From: an uncultured Eubacteriales bacterium | GTDB taxonomy: Bacteria; Bacillota; Clostridia; TANB77; SIG350 | Direction: 5' to 3' | Assembly: GCA_964520895.1 (NCBI GenBank) | Contig: CAZFOR010000023.1 | Coordinates: 1-18,100, forward strand | Length of the DNA stretch: 18,100 nt | Shown here: positions 16,058-18,100 of the stretch, piece by piece | How positions within the stretch are numbered: the first letter of the stretch is position 1 | Layout: each line of letters opens with the position of its first letter | Position numbers and translations under genes: made by a program | The notes under the pieces: model-generated | Told to the model about the DNA's origin: nothing | Databases searched by the model: none | What the model saw: the letters and a program-made list of their open reading frames with translations, nothing else

Positions 16058-16474
16058 TTATATTAAATTAATTTCTACATCAATAGTAGTTCCTACACCT
16101 ATTTCTGATGCAATATTTAATGTATCACTATTATCTTGTATAACACTAAGACCTCTTCCAAGCCCATATCCCTTTTCTTTCATTTCATTATTTGCAGTTG
16201 TAAATCCTTCTTCAAAAGCAAGTCCTATATTTTCAATTCCAGGTCCTTTGTCTCTAAATCTTGCTTTTAATATATTATCATATATATTAATTTCTATTTC
16301 ACCTGAATCTGCATAAAGTTTAATATTTTTTTCAGCTTCATATACTACTTTTTCAATTTTTTCTAATACATCTGTTTTAATATTATATTCTTTAATATTA
16401 TCCATTAGGTCTTTTGTTATATCTCCAATTTTTGTATCTTTTGTTATTTGCTTATATATGTAAATCTTATCCAT
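16058..16474 (-). CDS. Orphan SpoIIAB/RsbW-like GHKL ATPase (anti-sigma-factor-type serine kinase)
   Basis: ORF 16058..16504. The preferred start is the ATG at 16474 (MDKIYIYKQ...), 5 nt after AAAGGA. N-box VYEAEKNIKLYA, G1 box RDKGPGIENI, G2 box KGYGLGRGLSVI. No STAS-domain or sigma-factor gene is adjacent. Confidence 0.75.
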   Translation of the reverse strand: MDKIYIYKQITKDTKIGDITKDLMDNIKEYNIKTDVLEKIEKVVYEAEKNIKLYADSGEIEINIYDNILKARFRDKGPGIENIGLAFEEGFTTANNEMKEKGYGLGRGLSVIQDNSDTLNIASEIGVGTTIDVEINLI

Positions 16475-16512
16475 AACCATCCTTTCAATATATATTTTAT
16501 TCATGTATATGT

Positions 16513-16541
16513 ATTATATCACTTTTTTAAAAAAATGTATA
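16513..16541 (-). promoter_or_regulatory. Candidate promoter for the GHKL kinase gene
   Basis: Minus strand TATACA (16541-16536), a 17-nt spacer, then TG-A-TATAAT (hexamer 16518-16513). It would place the transcript start near 16506, which disfavours the ATG at 16504. Confidence 0.4.
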
Positions 16542-16568
16542 GACATATTTTTTTTGCTATGCTATACT
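16540..16568 (+). promoter_or_regulatory. Candidate sigma-A promoter for the two membrane-protein genes
   Basis: TAGACA (16540-16545), a 17-nt spacer, then TG-C-TATACT (hexamer 16563-16568). Confidence 0.45.
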
Positions 16569-16591
16569 GTTTCAGAAAGGAGTGGTAAAAA

Positions 16592-16978
16592 ATGTTTTCA
16601 AAAAATATTAGAACCATTTATTTGTACTTAATATGTCTTATAACTTTATTCATGGTAATTGGAGGATTAATTTCTACAATATATAATGTTACAGAATATA
16701 TTTTTCCAAACAATTATTATAGAAGTTATGGTTATGACTATATCGATTCAAAAGAATTCGAAAATGAACCAGTATCTGCCCAGGAATATGAAGAATATAT
16801 TAAAATGCAGGAAATAGATAGACTTAGAGATGAACAAAATAATAAAAGACAAGATTTAAAAAATATAATATATTCTGCTACAATATGTATTGTTGCTCTT
16901 CCAGTATATTTATATAACTGGAGAAAAATTGAAAAAGAAAGAACTGAACTAAAAGAAACTGAAAGTGCAGGTGAATAA
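16592..16978 (+). CDS. Small two-TM membrane protein with charged central loop (paralogue 1)
   Basis: 128 aa, RBS AAAGGAGTGG. TM1 IYLYLICLITLFMVIGGLISTIY, TM2 IIYSATICIVALPVYLY, acidic/basic loop between them. It shares the RTIYxYLIxLI and PVxxYxxxKIxK blocks with the next ORF. Confidence 0.7.
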   Translation: MFSKNIRTIYLYLICLITLFMVIGGLISTIYNVTEYIFPNNYYRSYGYDYIDSKEFENEPVSAQEYEEYIKMQEIDRLRDEQNNKRQDLKNIIYSATICIVALPVYLYNWRKIEKERTELKETESAGE

Positions 16979-16979
16979 T

Positions 16980-17348
16980 ATGGCATTAATTATATTATCT
17001 ATCTTCTTATTAATACCTATTATACTTTTAGTTACGATAATATTAATTTCAACTAAAAAATCAACAGAATTATTTGAAAATAAGCTTAGAACTATTTATT
17101 GTTATTTAATATTATTGATATGTATAGTAGCTGTAATAGTATCTGTAATATTATTTGTTAATAACTTAACAGAAGTATTAATTCCAGATATTGAAGAAAC
17201 AAATCCAATATATGAAGGCAACATTGTTAAATCTACAGATAATGATACAAAAATGAACCCATATTATCGTAATTTAATTACATGTGCATTTAGTATATTA
17301 ATATTTGTACCAGTTGGAATATATCATTCAAAGAAAATCAAGAAATAG
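16980..17348 (+). CDS. Small membrane protein (paralogue 2, with an extra N-terminal TM segment)
   Basis: The ORF track starts at GTG 16965. The preferred start is the ATG at 16980 (MALIILS...), 1 nt after the upstream stop and 5 nt after AGGTGA. LRTIYCYLILLICIVAVIVSVILF and SILIFVPVGIYHSKKIKK align with paralogue 1. Confidence 0.7.
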   Translation: MALIILSIFLLIPIILLVTIILISTKKSTELFENKLRTIYCYLILLICIVAVIVSVILFVNNLTEVLIPDIEETNPIYEGNIVKSTDNDTKMNPYYRNLITCAFSILIFVPVGIYHSKKIKK

Positions 17349-17367
17349 ATATTATTAAATATTAACC

Positions 17368-17400
17368 AAAAACAGAAATAGAAAATCTATTTCTGTTTTT
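17368..17400. terminator. Bidirectional rho-independent terminator shared by the membrane-protein operon (+) and eno (-)
   Basis: A5-ACAGAAATAG-AAAAT-CTATTTCTGT-T4 (arms 17372-17381 / 17387-17396). The eno stop codon (17387-17389) lies inside the stem. Confidence 0.8.
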
Positions 17401-18100
17401 GTATTATCTCATTATTATATTTAGCACTGTTTCCTAGTTCATCTTCTATTTGAATTAACCTGTTATATTTTGATACCCTATCTGTTCTACAAGGTGCACC
17501 ACTTTTTATCTGTCCTACATTTAAGGCAACTGCTAAATCTGCAATAGTTGTATCTTCTGTCTCACCTGACCTATGTGATATAACACATTTATATCCATTT
17601 TGCCTTGCATATTCAATTACATCTAAACTTTCTGTTAATGTTCCAATTTGATTTAATTTTATTAATATACTATTAGCAGAATTTTGCTTAATTCCTTTTT
17701 TTAATCTTTGTATATTTGTAACAAAAAGGTCATCACCTACTAGTTGTACTCTATTACCTAGTAAACTAGTTAATTTTGTCCAATTATCGAAATCCTCTTC
17801 TGACAAACAATCTTCTAATGAAATAATAGGATACTTATGTGACAACTCACTAAAATATTCTATCATCTCATTTGGAGTTTTTAATATATTACTTTTCCAA
17901 AAATAGTAATATCCCTCTTTTCCTATTTTTTTTGCTTCTTCATACATTTCAGTTGCAGCAATATCTAGTGCAAACATAAAATCTGTACCTAGTATATATC
18001 CTGCCTTTTCAACTGCTTTTGATAAATACTTTAATGCTTGTTCATCATTTTCTAAATTTGGTGCAAAACCTCCCTCATCTCCAACAGAAGTAGTATACCC
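17387..18100 (-). CDS. eno: Enolase (phosphopyruvate hydratase), 3' portion; the 5' end lies beyond the window
   Basis: The reading frame is open to position 18100 ([17 protein letters not shown]...), upstream of the ATG used by the ORF track. It contains the enolase signature [18 protein letters not shown] and [12 protein letters not shown]. Confidence 0.96.
   Translation of the reverse strand, partial: GYTTSVGDEGGFAPNLENDEQALKYLSKAVEKAGYILGTDFMFALDIAATEMYEEAKKIGKEGYYYFWKSNILKTPNEMIEYFSELSHKYPIISLEDCLSEEDFDNWTKLTSLLGNRVQLVGDDLFVTNIQRLKKGIKQNSANSILIKLNQIGTLTESLDVIEYARQNGYKCVISHRSGETEDTTIADLAVALNVGQIKSGAPCRTDRVSKYNRLIQIEDELGNSAKYNNEIIQKQK

Noticed and set aside
16475-16504. Upstream ATG (16504) as the start of the GHKL kinase (MNKIYIERMV...)
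   Set aside because: It has no RBS and would sit at or before the predicted transcript start. The ATG at 16474 has AAAGGA at proper spacing. The apparent KIYI duplication is probably coincidental.
16738-16986. Minus-strand ORF 16738..16986
   Set aside because: It is antisense to the first membrane-protein gene, which has an RBS, a promoter and a paralogue supporting it.

Overview
Very AT-rich chromosomal segment from an endospore-forming Firmicute (Clostridia-like; the spoIIAA-spoIIAB-sigF operon is diagnostic). From 101 to 15494 every gene is on the minus strand.

Gene content:
- 101-9033: a tightly packed array of small membrane ORF, valS, a nucleoside 2-deoxyribosyltransferase-like protein, a GNAT acetyltransferase, an 814-aa helical-repeat protein, argS and a polysaccharide deacetylase.
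- 9201-13855: an accessory-looking stretch with a divergent fused ABC exporter, a DUF4143-type AAA ATPase and a 462-aa PP-loop/Cys-cluster protein of unknown function.
- 13963-15494: the spoIIA operon.
- 15777-18100: rpmB (+), an orphan SpoIIAB-like GHKL kinase (-), two paralogous small membrane proteins (+) and the 3' two-thirds of eno (-, runs off the window).

No rRNA, tRNA, CRISPR array, transposase or integrase was recognised.

Most notable observations:
1. The 814-aa protein has four perfectly phased 32-residue repeats carrying a Cys-Pro-x-(I/V)-L core. These resemble mTERF-type helical repeats, a family known mainly from eukaryotic organelles. The gene sits between two aminoacyl-tRNA synthetase genes.
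2. spoIIAA is broken by a +1 frameshift just after its phospho-acceptor serine motif.
3. The AAA ATPase carries two +1 frameshifts. It lies in a 1400-bp module bounded by a 53-bp direct repeat that is itself a terminator hairpin.
4. The PP-loop protein has a C-x9-C-x2-C-x2-C cluster and no obvious assignment.
5. valS has a roughly 250-nt leader with no recognisable T-box. Instead it holds a small ORF and an isolated GC-rich patch.

I cannot demonstrate a complete new multi-gene system from the sequence alone. The helical-repeat protein and the PP-loop protein are the best candidates for novel biology.
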